Shown piece after piece: positions 1 through 7,630 of a stretch of 32,000 nucleotides of DNA (position 1 is its first letter; each line of letters opens with the position of its first letter). Origin of the DNA: Clostridia bacterium (lineage in GTDB: Bacteria > Bacillota > Clostridia > TANB77 > CAG-465); contig JAZSNU010000017.1 of NCBI GenBank assembly GCA_045536565.1, forward strand, positions 36,812 through 68,811. Reading direction: 5' to 3'. Position numbers and translations under genes: made by a program. Below the pieces are notes generated by a model. The model had not been told where the DNA came from, did no database searches, and worked only from the letters and a program-made list of their open reading frames with translations.

Positions 1-53
1 CAGTCATATTTTAGACTCGGAGCTGGGAAGTAGTATAGTGTAAATACAGATCA

Positions 54-92
54 AAATACAGATTTATTAATGTAAATCTGTATTTTTTCTTT
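54..92 (+). terminator. Rho-independent terminator of an upstream, off-window transcription unit
   Basis: Perfect 13-bp stem AAATACAGATTTA (54-66) / TAAATCTGTATTT (73-85) with a 6-nt loop, running into a T-tract. Confidence 0.7.
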
Positions 93-127
93 TATACAAA
101 AACCTTAAAATAAATTATTAATAAAAC

Positions 128-156
128 TTGACAATGCTCTTTAAGTAATATATAAT
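128..156 (+). promoter_or_regulatory. Sigma-A type promoter for rpmF
   Basis: TTGACA (128-133), 17-nt spacer, TATAAT (151-156). Both hexamers are perfect consensus, about 80 nt upstream of the rpmF ATG. Confidence 0.6.
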
Positions 157-236
157 ATATAAGCGAGTTTAAAGTAAATGAAATATGCTTTGCATATATG
201 TATATATTAAATGTATTTACTTAAGGAGGGAATAAA

Positions 237-428
237 ATGGCACAACCAAAAAGAAGATGGTCAAAAGCAAGAACTGGATTAAGACGTTCTACTTGGAAAT
301 TAGAAAATAAAACATATGCTACATGTTCTAACTGTGGAGAAACAATACTTCCACATAAAGCATGCCCAAGTTGCGGACAATACAATAAAAGACAAGTAGT
401 AGAAATTAAAGAAAAAGAAGAAAAATAA
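237..428 (+). CDS. rpmF: 50S ribosomal protein L32
   Basis: N-terminus MAQPKRRWSKARTGLRR is typical of L32. It carries the CxxC...CxxC zinc ribbon (CSNCGE...CPSCGQ). GGAGGG RBS lies upstream. Length 63 aa. Confidence 0.95.
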   Translation: MAQPKRRWSKARTGLRRSTWKLENKTYATCSNCGETILPHKACPSCGQYNKRQVVEIKEKEEK

Positions 429-434
429 AAATTC

Positions 435-469
435 CCTCACTTATATAAGTGGGGCTTTTTATTTTTTTT
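435..469 (+). terminator. Rho-independent terminator after rpmF
   Basis: 8-bp stem CCTCACTT / AAGTGGGG (one G-U pair) with a 4-nt loop, followed by CTTTTTATTTTTTTT. Confidence 0.65.
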
Positions 470-480
470 AGGAGAATCAA

Positions 481-1191
481 ATGAATACATATAAAGATAT
501 AAAAATAATATATGAAGACAATCACCTTTTAGTAGTGGTAAAACCAGCAGGTATACCATCACAGGCAGATAAAACTGGTGATGTAGATATGCTAACTTTA
601 CTTAAAGAATATATTAAAGAAAAATATAATAAACCAGGAGATGTATATTTAGGTTTAGTGCATAGATTAGATAGAATGACATCTGGTATTATGGTGTTTG
701 CAAGAACATCAAAAGCGGCATCTAGACTGTCTAAAAATATACGTGAGGGTGACTTTAAGAAAAGGTATATTGCAGCAGTAAATGGTTATATGAATAAGGA
801 CGATAAAAATACATTACTTGAAAATTATTTAAGTAAAAACGAGAAAACAAATACAAGTAGGGTATGTAAAAAAGAAGATAAAAATTCAAAACATGCAAGC
901 TTAAATTATACAGTTATAGATAATTTTATATATAACAACAAAGAATATTCATATATAGAGGTTAAATTAAATACAGGTAGACATCATCAAATAAGGGTTC
1001 AGATGTCAAATATAGGTCATCCTTTATATGGTGATTTAAAATATGGCGAAAGAGAAAATAAAAAAGGTGAAAATCTAGCACTTTTTGCATATAGTTTGAC
1101 ATTTTTTCACCCAACAAAAGATGAAGTAATGGAATTTAAAGTATTTCCAGAAAAAGATGGAATATGGAGTGAATTAAAAACATGGGAATAA
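481..1191 (+). CDS. RluA-family 23S rRNA/tRNA pseudouridine synthase (no S4 domain)
   Basis: Contains IIYEDNHLLVVVKPAGIPSQ and the catalytic HRLDRMTSG motif. It also has RHHQIRVQ. RBS is AGGAGAA. Confidence 0.9.
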   Translation: MNTYKDIKIIYEDNHLLVVVKPAGIPSQADKTGDVDMLTLLKEYIKEKYNKPGDVYLGLVHRLDRMTSGIMVFARTSKAASRLSKNIREGDFKKRYIAAVNGYMNKDDKNTLLENYLSKNEKTNTSRVCKKEDKNSKHASLNYTVIDNFIYNNKEYSYIEVKLNTGRHHQIRVQMSNIGHPLYGDLKYGERENKKGENLALFAYSLTFFHPTKDEVMEFKVFPEKDGIWSELKTWE

Positions 1192-2294
1192 TAGATGTTA
1201 CAGAGTATAAATCTAAATTAAACGAATATACAAAAGATATTGAGGAATTAAAAAACACATTAAAGATAGATGAAAAAAACATTGAATTAAAAAAACTAGA
1301 AGAAGAAACATTAAAACCTGATTTTTGGAATGATGAAAAGAATAGTTCAAGAGTTTTAGCAAAAGTAAAAGAGAATAAAAACATAATATCTAAATATAAT
1401 GAAATAGTATCTTTTTATGAAGATGTGAGTTCTTTAATTATATTACTTGAAGAAGAAATGGATGAGGAACTGTCATCAGAACTTTTAAATAACATATCAA
1501 ATTTAGAAAATAGTATTGATAATTTAAAAGTAGAATCTTTGCTTTCTAATGAATATGATTCAAATACTGCAATTGTGACAATACATCCAGGCGCAGGAGG
1601 AACTGAATCACAAGACTGGGCTTTAATGCTATATAGAATGTATACTAGATGGGCTGAAAGAACAGATCATACTGTTGAAGTATACGATATGCAAGATGGA
1701 GATGAGGCAGGACTTAAAAGTGTTACATTTGCAGTAAAAGGATTATATCCATATGGTTACTTAAAAGGTGAAAAAGGAGTGCATAGATTAGTTAGAATAT
1801 CACCTTTTGATAGTAATTCAAGACGTCATACTTCATTTGCGGCAGTAGAAGTTATGCCTGAAATAGATGATGATATAAACTTAGAAATAAGAGAAGAAGA
1901 TTTAGAAGTAGGAACATATAGAGCAAGTGGTGCAGGCGGTCAGCATGTAAATAAAACATCGTCAGCAGTAAGAATTAAACATATACCTACTGGTGTTGTT
2001 GTAGCTTGTCAAACCGAAAGATCACAATTTCAAAATAAAGATAATGCTATGAAAATGCTTAAAGCAAAACTTTATCAATTAGAGCTTCAAAAAAATAAAG
2101 ATAAGTTAAGCGAAATAAAAGGAGATTTGACTGACAATAGCTGGGGAAACCAAATAAGGTCATATGTATTTTGTCCATATACTTTGGTTAAAGACCATAG
2201 AACAAATCATGAAATAGGAAATGTTCAAAAGGTTATGGATGGATATATAGATGAATTTATAACTGAATATTTAAAGAATATTACTAAAAATTAA
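1182..2294 (+). CDS. prfB: Peptide chain release factor 2, encoded in a single frame
   Basis: Carries the SPF tripeptide (RISPFDS), the GGQ motif (SGAGGQHVNKT) and RSYVF. The 370 aa align end to end with RF2. The start overlaps the upstream gene by 10 nt. Confidence 0.95.
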   Translation: MGIIDVTEYKSKLNEYTKDIEELKNTLKIDEKNIELKKLEEETLKPDFWNDEKNSSRVLAKVKENKNIISKYNEIVSFYEDVSSLIILLEEEMDEELSSELLNNISNLENSIDNLKVESLLSNEYDSNTAIVTIHPGAGGTESQDWALMLYRMYTRWAERTDHTVEVYDMQDGDEAGLKSVTFAVKGLYPYGYLKGEKGVHRLVRISPFDSNSRRHTSFAAVEVMPEIDDDINLEIREEDLEVGTYRASGAGGQHVNKTSSAVRIKHIPTGVVVACQTERSQFQNKDNAMKMLKAKLYQLELQKNKDKLSEIKGDLTDNSWGNQIRSYVFCPYTLVKDHRTNHEIGNVQKVMDGYIDEFITEYLKNITKN

Positions 2295-2295
2295 T

Positions 2296-2324
2296 TTGAC
2301 ACATATATTTATATAATGTATAAT
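2296..2324 (+). promoter_or_regulatory. Sigma-A type promoter for rnj, giving a leader of about 150 nt
   Basis: TTGACA (2296-2301), 17-nt spacer, TATAAT (2319-2324). The leader contains a 9-bp AT hairpin, TTAAAATGT/ACATTTTAA. Confidence 0.55.
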
Positions 2325-2476
2325 ATTTATTGTAGTTAAAATGTATAAACATTTTAATTTTGTACGGCTATATAACTTATATTTTTAAATAAAATTTAAG
2401 TGTTTTTAAAATATATAGAAATATATAATTGTTCGGATTTTACTTAGGATAAAAATATGAAGGGGGATAATAATTT

Positions 2477-4504
2477 ATGGAAAAAAATAATAAAAATATG
2501 AGCGCTATCTATGATGATAGTGTATCTAGTGGCGCTCTTCTTAAAGATATTAAGAAAAAATTAAACAAAAAAACAAATGTTGAAATTGACACATTTAGTG
2601 TTGAACAGAAGGCAGATAAAGTTATAAAAAGTCTTGATAATGGTAGAAAAAGTCAAGAAGAAAAAACAGAAAAGAAAACAAATAGAGTAAACAAAACAGT
2701 AAAATCTAATGAGCAAAAGAAAATAAATAACAAAAGTAGAAATGTAGGTAAAGAAGTAAAAAATATAGCCGGAAATAATAAAGCTACATTAAAACCAAAA
2801 AGTGTAAGAAAAAATAGTATATTTGAAAACGAAAAATTAAAAATAATACCACTTGGAGGACTTCAAGAAATTGGAAAGAATTTAACAGTATTTGAATATG
2901 CAAATGAAATAGTTATAGTTGACTGTGGAGTTATGTTCCCAGACGATGAAATGCTAGGTGTTGACTTAGTTATACCTGATATAACATACTTAGAAAAAAA
3001 TGCAGATAAAATTAAGGGTATAGTTATAACACACGGACATGAAGACCATATAGGAGCAATACCATATTTCTTAAAGAAAATAAATGTTCCAATATATGCT
3101 ACAAAACTTACTATGGGACTTATAGAATCAAAACTTGAAGAGCATAATTTACTAAGAAGTTCAGAACTTCACATTGCAAAAGCTAAGGATGTTATAAAAC
3201 TTGGCAAATATTTTAATGTTGAGTTAATTAAAACAACACACTCAATAGCAGATTCAGTTGCACTTGCTCTTCATACACCAGTAGGAACAGTAGTACATAC
3301 AGGTGACTTTAAAATTGACTATACACCAATAGATGGTGAAGTAATGGATTTTGCAAGATTTGCAGAACTTGGTAAAGAAGGGGTACTTCTTCTTATGTCA
3401 GATTCTACAAATGTTGAAAGACCAGGTTATACAATGTCTGAAAGAAGTGTTGGATTAGAGTTTGATAAAATATTTATGAATTCAAATAAGAGAATAATAG
3501 TTGCAACATTTGCATCTAATATTCATAGAATGCAACAAATCATAAATTCAGCAGTTAAATTTGGTAGAAAAGTAGCAGCAATTGGTAGAAGTGTTCTTAA
3601 AGTAATAGATGTAGCAAAAGAACTTGGATATATTACAGCACCAGAAGGCTCTATAATAGATATAGATAAAATAGGATTATACAATCCAGAACAACTTGTA
3701 ATTATAACAACTGGTTCACAAGGTGAAAGTATGTCAGCACTTGCTAGAATGTCTACTGGTGAACATAGAAAAGTTACAATTACACCAGAAGATTTAGTAA
3801 TATTCTCATCTTCACCAATACCAGGTAATGAAAAATCAGTTGGTAAGTTAATAGATGAACTTCAAAAACTTGGAGCAGAAGTAATATACAATCAGCTTGC
3901 GGATGTCCATGTATCAGGACACGCGTGTGAAGAAGAGTTAAAAATGATGCTTACACTTACTAAACCAAAATTCTTTATGCCAGTACATGGTGAATACAGA
4001 TTTTTAAGACGCCACTGTCAAATAGCACAGCTTGTTGGTATGGAAGATAAAAATGTATTTATTATGGCAAATGGAAAAACTCTCGAAGTAGATCAAGATT
4101 CAGCAAGAATAGGTGCACAAGTACAATCTGGAATAGTTCTAGTTGATGGTTTAGGAGTAGGAGATGTAGGAAATATAGTAATAAGAGATAGACAAATGCT
4201 TTCTGAAAACGGTATGATTTTAGTAGTATTTTCTCTTGATTCTAAAACTGCAAAACTAATAGGCGGACCTGATATTATAACAAGAGGATTCGTATATGTT
4301 AGAGAATCAGAAGATCTAATGGAAGAAATAAGAGAATTTTCTAAGAATCAAATATTAAAACTAGAAGAAGAGGGAGTAAAAGAATGGGCTACTATAAAAG
4401 CAAAAGTTAGAGATAGCCTATGTGATTTTGTATACAAGAAAACAAGAAGAAATCCTATGATACTTCCAATTATTACTGAAATAGATATAAAAGATTTTGA
4501 ATAA
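2477..4504 (+). CDS. rnj: Ribonuclease J (metallo-beta-lactamase / beta-CASP) with a Lys/Asn-rich N-terminal extension of about 120 aa
   Basis: Core starts at KIIPLGGLQEIGKNLTVFEY. It has the HGHEDHIGA zinc motif, TGDFKID, and MPVHGEYR near the C-terminus. RBS is GAAGGGGGA. Confidence 0.92.
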   Translation: MEKNNKNMSAIYDDSVSSGALLKDIKKKLNKKTNVEIDTFSVEQKADKVIKSLDNGRKSQEEKTEKKTNRVNKTVKSNEQKKINNKSRNVGKEVKNIAGNNKATLKPKSVRKNSIFENEKLKIIPLGGLQEIGKNLTVFEYANEIVIVDCGVMFPDDEMLGVDLVIPDITYLEKNADKIKGIVITHGHEDHIGAIPYFLKKINVPIYATKLTMGLIESKLEEHNLLRSSELHIAKAKDVIKLGKYFNVELIKTTHSIADSVALALHTPVGTVVHTGDFKIDYTPIDGEVMDFARFAELGKEGVLLLMSDSTNVERPGYTMSERSVGLEFDKIFMNSNKRIIVATFASNIHRMQQIINSAVKFGRKVAAIGRSVLKVIDVAKELGYITAPEGSIIDIDKIGLYNPEQLVIITTGSQGESMSALARMSTGEHRKVTITPEDLVIFSSSPIPGNEKSVGKLIDELQKLGAEVIYNQLADVHVSGHACEEELKMMLTLTKPKFFMPVHGEYRFLRRHCQIAQLVGMEDKNVFIMANGKTLEVDQDSARIGAQVQSGIVLVDGLGVGDVGNIVIRDRQMLSENGMILVVFSLDSKTAKLIGGPDIITRGFVYVRESEDLMEEIREFSKNQILKLEEEGVKEWATIKAKVRDSLCDFVYKKTRRNPMILPIITEIDIKDFE

Positions 4505-4516
4505 TAAATAAAAAGT

Positions 4517-4546
4517 AAACCGCATAGTTAATAATCTATGCGGTTT
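4517..4546. terminator. Bidirectional hairpin terminator between convergent rnj and the 232-aa gene
   Basis: Perfect 11-bp stem AAACCGCATAG (4517-4527) / CTATGCGGTTT (4536-4546) with an 8-nt loop. An A-run lies upstream. Confidence 0.7.
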
Positions 4547-4553
4547 AATAATA

Positions 4554-5252
4554 CTATTTATCAGAAACAGTATCAAGTTTAAATTCTTTTTTTAGCAGAT
4601 AGATAAGATATCTAAGTCTAGATGCATAATAACTAGAATAAGATTCATCTTCTGCACACTTTTTGCATTCATCTTTCACACATTCGGAAATTTGTTCCAA
4701 GATTAATTCAAGACAATGTGAAAGATAAGTTCTAGTACAATCATAGAGCGGTGTATCTAACAAATCTTCATTTAATTCCTTAAAATCTGATATAAAATCA
4801 TCAATTCTAGGATACTTAAAGACTTCTGCTTTATATGCATTATACATGTCGTTATATTGTTTTGGGATTTTTAACAATGTTTCTCTATATTCTTTGTATC
4901 TTACACATAATTCATCTCTAACAAGAATAACAAACATATTTTCATAAAAAGATAATTTTTCTTCATGGAAAAATTCAATAATATCTCTTTTAAAATTTTT
5001 ATCTAAGAATAGAATAATTTTTTCCACGACTGTATAAACTTTAACCGTCTTTTCATCTTCGGATTCGTTACTAAGCAGAGTATCATATAATGTTCTGTTA
5101 AGTTCACGAAATAGTTTTCTTATAGGAGCCTCAAATTTTTGTTTTTCGTCTTTCGTTAATGCAAAGTACGATGGATGTAGTTTTGATAGAGCAGGAATGT
5201 TTTCAATTGTTTCTTTTAATACTTCTAATTTTTCACCTTTTTGGTATAACAT
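4554..5252 (-). CDS. Hypothetical all-helical protein, paralog of the upstream gene
   Basis: 232-aa ORF with RBS AAGGAGGAG, 14 nt after the stop of the preceding gene. It shares blocks with 5267..5974: YQKGEKLEVLKETI vs YKQGERLEGLKNDI, FFHEEKLSFYENMF vs DFYEEKLNLYNGIY, and LRYLIYLLKKEF vs IRKLLYVLKHEL. No family was recognised. Confidence 0.75.
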   Translation of the reverse strand: MLYQKGEKLEVLKETIENIPALSKLHPSYFALTKDEKQKFEAPIRKLFRELNRTLYDTLLSNESEDEKTVKVYTVVEKIILFLDKNFKRDIIEFFHEEKLSFYENMFVILVRDELCVRYKEYRETLLKIPKQYNDMYNAYKAEVFKYPRIDDFISDFKELNEDLLDTPLYDCTRTYLSHCLELILEQISECVKDECKKCAEDESYSSYYASRLRYLIYLLKKEFKLDTVSDK

Positions 5253-5266
5253 GATAAGTCTCCTCC

Positions 5267-5974
5267 TTATAGTTTTTCTTTTTTAATATTAATTCTTAGT
5301 TCGTGCTTTAATACATAGAGTAACTTTCTTATTCTTCTATATCTTGTTGTATTACTTTCTTCTTTGAAAAATTCTTTTGAAAGCATATTTTGTATTTCTT
5401 CAATCAGAAGTTCGTTGCAGTGATAGATATAATCAAGCGATTTAGATGTGAAATAAAAATGAGTGTTTTGGTTGCTTAATCCGTCCTGCATGTGGTTGTA
5501 CAATGTTGTTAATGAAGTATACTTGGAAAAATCAAATGAATCAATAACAGTTTTTCGAAGTTCTACATACTCATGTGTAATAGAATTTAAAATATCAGTG
5601 TAGCTTGGATAGCCTTTGATTAAGTTGTTTTGAATAAATTCAAAATATATACCGTTGTAGAGGTTTAATTTTTCTTCGTAAAAGTCTCTTTTTAAATCTT
5701 CTACTACATTTTGCTTTAAAAAATCAATTACTTTTTGACAGGCATCTGAAACTTTGTTTGTTTTAATTTCAAGACAGTCTTCGCCAATAACTGTTCTTAA
5801 AAGTACATCATGTAATTGGGTTACAGGTTGTTTTATTTTTTCTGCAAATTTATCGTAATGTTCTTTTGACATGAATAGCTTTGACTTCGCAGGCTCGTTT
5901 TCAAAAATGAATTTTATATCATTTTTTAACCCTTCTAATCTTTCGCCTTGTTTATAATATTTTTTCTCTGACAT
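5267..5974 (-). CDS. Hypothetical all-helical protein, paralog of the downstream gene
   Basis: Start trimmed to Met17 of the track ORF (ATG at 5974), which lies behind AAAGGAGAT and aligns with the start of the paralog. No family was recognised. Confidence 0.72.
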   Translation of the reverse strand: MSEKKYYKQGERLEGLKNDIKFIFENEPAKSKLFMSKEHYDKFAEKIKQPVTQLHDVLLRTVIGEDCLEIKTNKVSDACQKVIDFLKQNVVEDLKRDFYEEKLNLYNGIYFEFIQNNLIKGYPSYTDILNSITHEYVELRKTVIDSFDFSKYTSLTTLYNHMQDGLSNQNTHFYFTSKSLDYIYHCNELLIEEIQNMLSKEFFKEESNTTRYRRIRKLLYVLKHELRINIKKEKL

Positions 5975-6079
5975 ATTAATATCTCCTTTCAAATTATTGT
6001 TTGGTTGAATAGTAATATGCAAATACTATATCATAATAATTGTAAAAAGCAATAGGTTACATAAAATGTGTGATTTTGG

Positions 6080-6108
6080 TTGAATTTGTGAAATCGTTGT
6101 GTTATAAT
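6080..6108 (+). promoter_or_regulatory. Sigma-A type promoter for the 169-aa membrane protein gene
   Basis: TTGAAT (6080-6085), 17-nt spacer, TATAAT (6103-6108) preceded by TGT (extended -10). Confidence 0.55.
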
Positions 6109-6162
6109 ATTTGTGTAAATTGATGTACTAACTAAAATATAATTATTTAGGAGGATTAAATT

Positions 6163-6672
6163 ATGCAAAAAACCACCAGTATTATTTTATTTGTTTTTAT
6201 GATTTTAATTGTAGTAATTATGCTCTTTATACCTGTTTCAAATATGGAGGATTGGACAGATAGCTATAATCTTTATAAAGAGGTAAAAGATTACAAGAAA
6301 ATTTCAGAATTAGAAGAATACTTAAACACAAACAATATCAAATATAAAAAGAATGAAGACAATATTTTACTCTATTTAAAAGATGGTAATAACTATGCTG
6401 ATCAAGTATTTATTACAATTGAAACAGAGTGTAAAGTAAAGCCAGGCACATATGATATAAACTTTGAAAAATTAGATGAAGTATATCAAAAAAGTGGTAA
6501 AGAACATATCACTCTTATAAATGACGGAATCAAGTATACCTATTTGGAAGGAAAATATTATATAACCTGGATTAACTCTCTTTGGCTAAAAAGGATAGGC
6601 ATAGTTTCAGGAATAGTCCTTGCTATTTTCTGGCTATATTTAGGTTTTAAACCAAAAAAGAAAGAAGTTTAA
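6163..6672 (+). CDS. Hypothetical membrane protein with N- and C-terminal TM helices flanking a soluble domain of about 110 aa
   Basis: RBS is TAGGAGGA. The hydrophobic N-terminus is SIILFVFMILIVVIMLFIPV and the C-terminal TM is IGIVSGIVLAIFWLYLGF. No family was recognised. Confidence 0.7.
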   Translation: MQKTTSIILFVFMILIVVIMLFIPVSNMEDWTDSYNLYKEVKDYKKISELEEYLNTNNIKYKKNEDNILLYLKDGNNYADQVFITIETECKVKPGTYDINFEKLDEVYQKSGKEHITLINDGIKYTYLEGKYYITWINSLWLKRIGIVSGIVLAIFWLYLGFKPKKKEV

Positions 6673-6744
6673 TTTTGTATATATCTCAAATAGTAGACAA
6701 TTGTTTATTTTTGGGATATATTTTTTATAATTTTATTTAAAATA

Positions 6745-6783
6745 TTGCAAATATATCATAATTATAGTATAATTTGCATATGC
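6745..6783 (+). promoter_or_regulatory. Sigma-A type promoter of the TA operon with a likely operator palindrome
   Basis: TTGCAA (6745-6750), 17-nt spacer, TATAAT (6768-6773). The palindrome GCATATGC (6776-6783) lies at the start site. A TTGCA(A)ATAT-like motif repeats on both sides of the -10. Confidence 0.55.
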
Positions 6784-6800
6784 GAAAAGGAGGTATGATT

Positions 6801-7148
6801 ATGGCAATAATAAGACCATGTGCAGATTTAAGAAATAACTATAACGAGATTTCAAAAATTTGTCACGAAACAAATGAACCAGTATTTATTACAAAAAATG
6901 GATATAACGATTTAGTTATATTAAGTAATGAGGCGTATGAAAGTATGGAAGAAACGGCAGAAGAAAGAGTAGATAGACTAATATCAGAAAAGTTTGATAA
7001 ACATTATGCTAGTTTTGAAGAATTTAAGGCTGATATTATAAGAAACATTGAAATTGCTAGAAAAGAAATTGCTGACGGGAAAGGTGTTCCTATGGAAATT
7101 GCAATTGCTGAATTGGAGGCTGAATATGGAACTAATGAAGCGATATAA
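6801..7148 (+). CDS. Type II antitoxin, Phd/YefM family
   Basis: N-terminus MAIIRPCADLRNNYNEISKICHETNEPVFITKNGYNDLVILSNEAYE matches the Phd/YefM pattern. The start was chosen at 6801, 7 nt after AAGGAGG (6787-6793), because the earlier ATGs sit too close to or upstream of the RBS. Confidence 0.85.
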   Translation: MAIIRPCADLRNNYNEISKICHETNEPVFITKNGYNDLVILSNEAYESMEETAEERVDRLISEKFDKHYASFEEFKADIIRNIEIARKEIADGKGVPMEIAIAELEAEYGTNEAI

Positions 7149-7437
7149 AATTACTTGGTCTCCTTCTTTTATTCAAGAATTAAAAAATATTTGTTCATAT
7201 TTAGCATACGATTTAGGAAATTATAGTTCAGCACAAAAATTTCGAAATGAAATATATGATAAAATATATTCATTAGAATTTTATCCTGAACGATTTACAA
7301 AATTATTATTTTCAAAAAATGTTAGAAAATTTTATGTAGGTAATTACATAGTTCTATATGAAGTGTATAGAGATTATGGTAAAGTTGACATCTTACATAT
7401 ATTTCATTCGAAACAAAATTATTTTAATTTGATATAA
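7126..7437 (+). CDS. Type II toxin, ParE/RelE superfamily
   Basis: 103 aa, beginning MELMKRYKITWSPSF and ending ...YVGNYIVLYEVYRDYGKVDILHIFHSKQNY. This is typical of the plasmid-stabilisation ParE/RelE fold. GGAGG (7115-7119) precedes the ATG. It overlaps the antitoxin by 23 nt. Confidence 0.8.
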   Translation: MELMKRYKITWSPSFIQELKNICSYLAYDLGNYSSAQKFRNEIYDKIYSLEFYPERFTKLLFSKNVRKFYVGNYIVLYEVYRDYGKVDILHIFHSKQNYFNLI

Positions 7438-7561
7438 TTCATTTTATACATAAATCTAATCAATTTTAATCAATAATTTTTATAAATACTCTCAATAAAA
7501 TATTATTTATACTTTAATCAATTTAAATTAACCATTATCTATAATTTGTTGGCTATTTTTC

Positions 7562-7591
7562 TTGCAATATTTGGTATATTAATGATATAAT
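7562..7591 (+). promoter_or_regulatory. Sigma-A type promoter for gltX-ileS
   Basis: TTGCAA (7562-7567), 18-nt spacer, TATAAT (7586-7591) preceded by TGA. This leaves a leader of only about 35 nt. Confidence 0.5.
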
Positions 7592-7630
7592 ACATCATTA
7601 TGATATTAATAGAAAAAGGAGCGAATATAG

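Noticed and set aside
1-53. Possible 3' end of an upstream gene or RNA before the first terminator.
   Set aside because: Only about 40 nt are available. Frames end at 33 or 42, but the short peptides match nothing recognisable, so no feature is called.
2294-2310. An identical 17-mer, ATTTGACACATATATTT, occurs at the rnj promoter (2294-2310) and the recG promoter (29623-29639). TTGACACAT occurs again at 27846-27854.
   Set aside because: This is most simply a consensus -35 hexamer plus AT-rich spacer recurring by chance or through promoter-context preference. No further flanking similarity suggests a mobile or repeated element.
6774-7125. Longer track ORFs for the antitoxin (start 6774) and toxin (start 7048).
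   Set aside because: The upstream ATGs precede or abut the RBS. The toxin extension would read through the antitoxin in another frame. The internal starts at 6801 and 7126 have correctly spaced GGAGG motifs.
7438-7630. Possible T-box or other riboswitch upstream of the aminoacyl-tRNA synthetase genes.
   Set aside because: The region is almost pure AT with no conserved T-box sequence or terminator/antiterminator pair. The best promoter lies only about 40 nt from the start codon.
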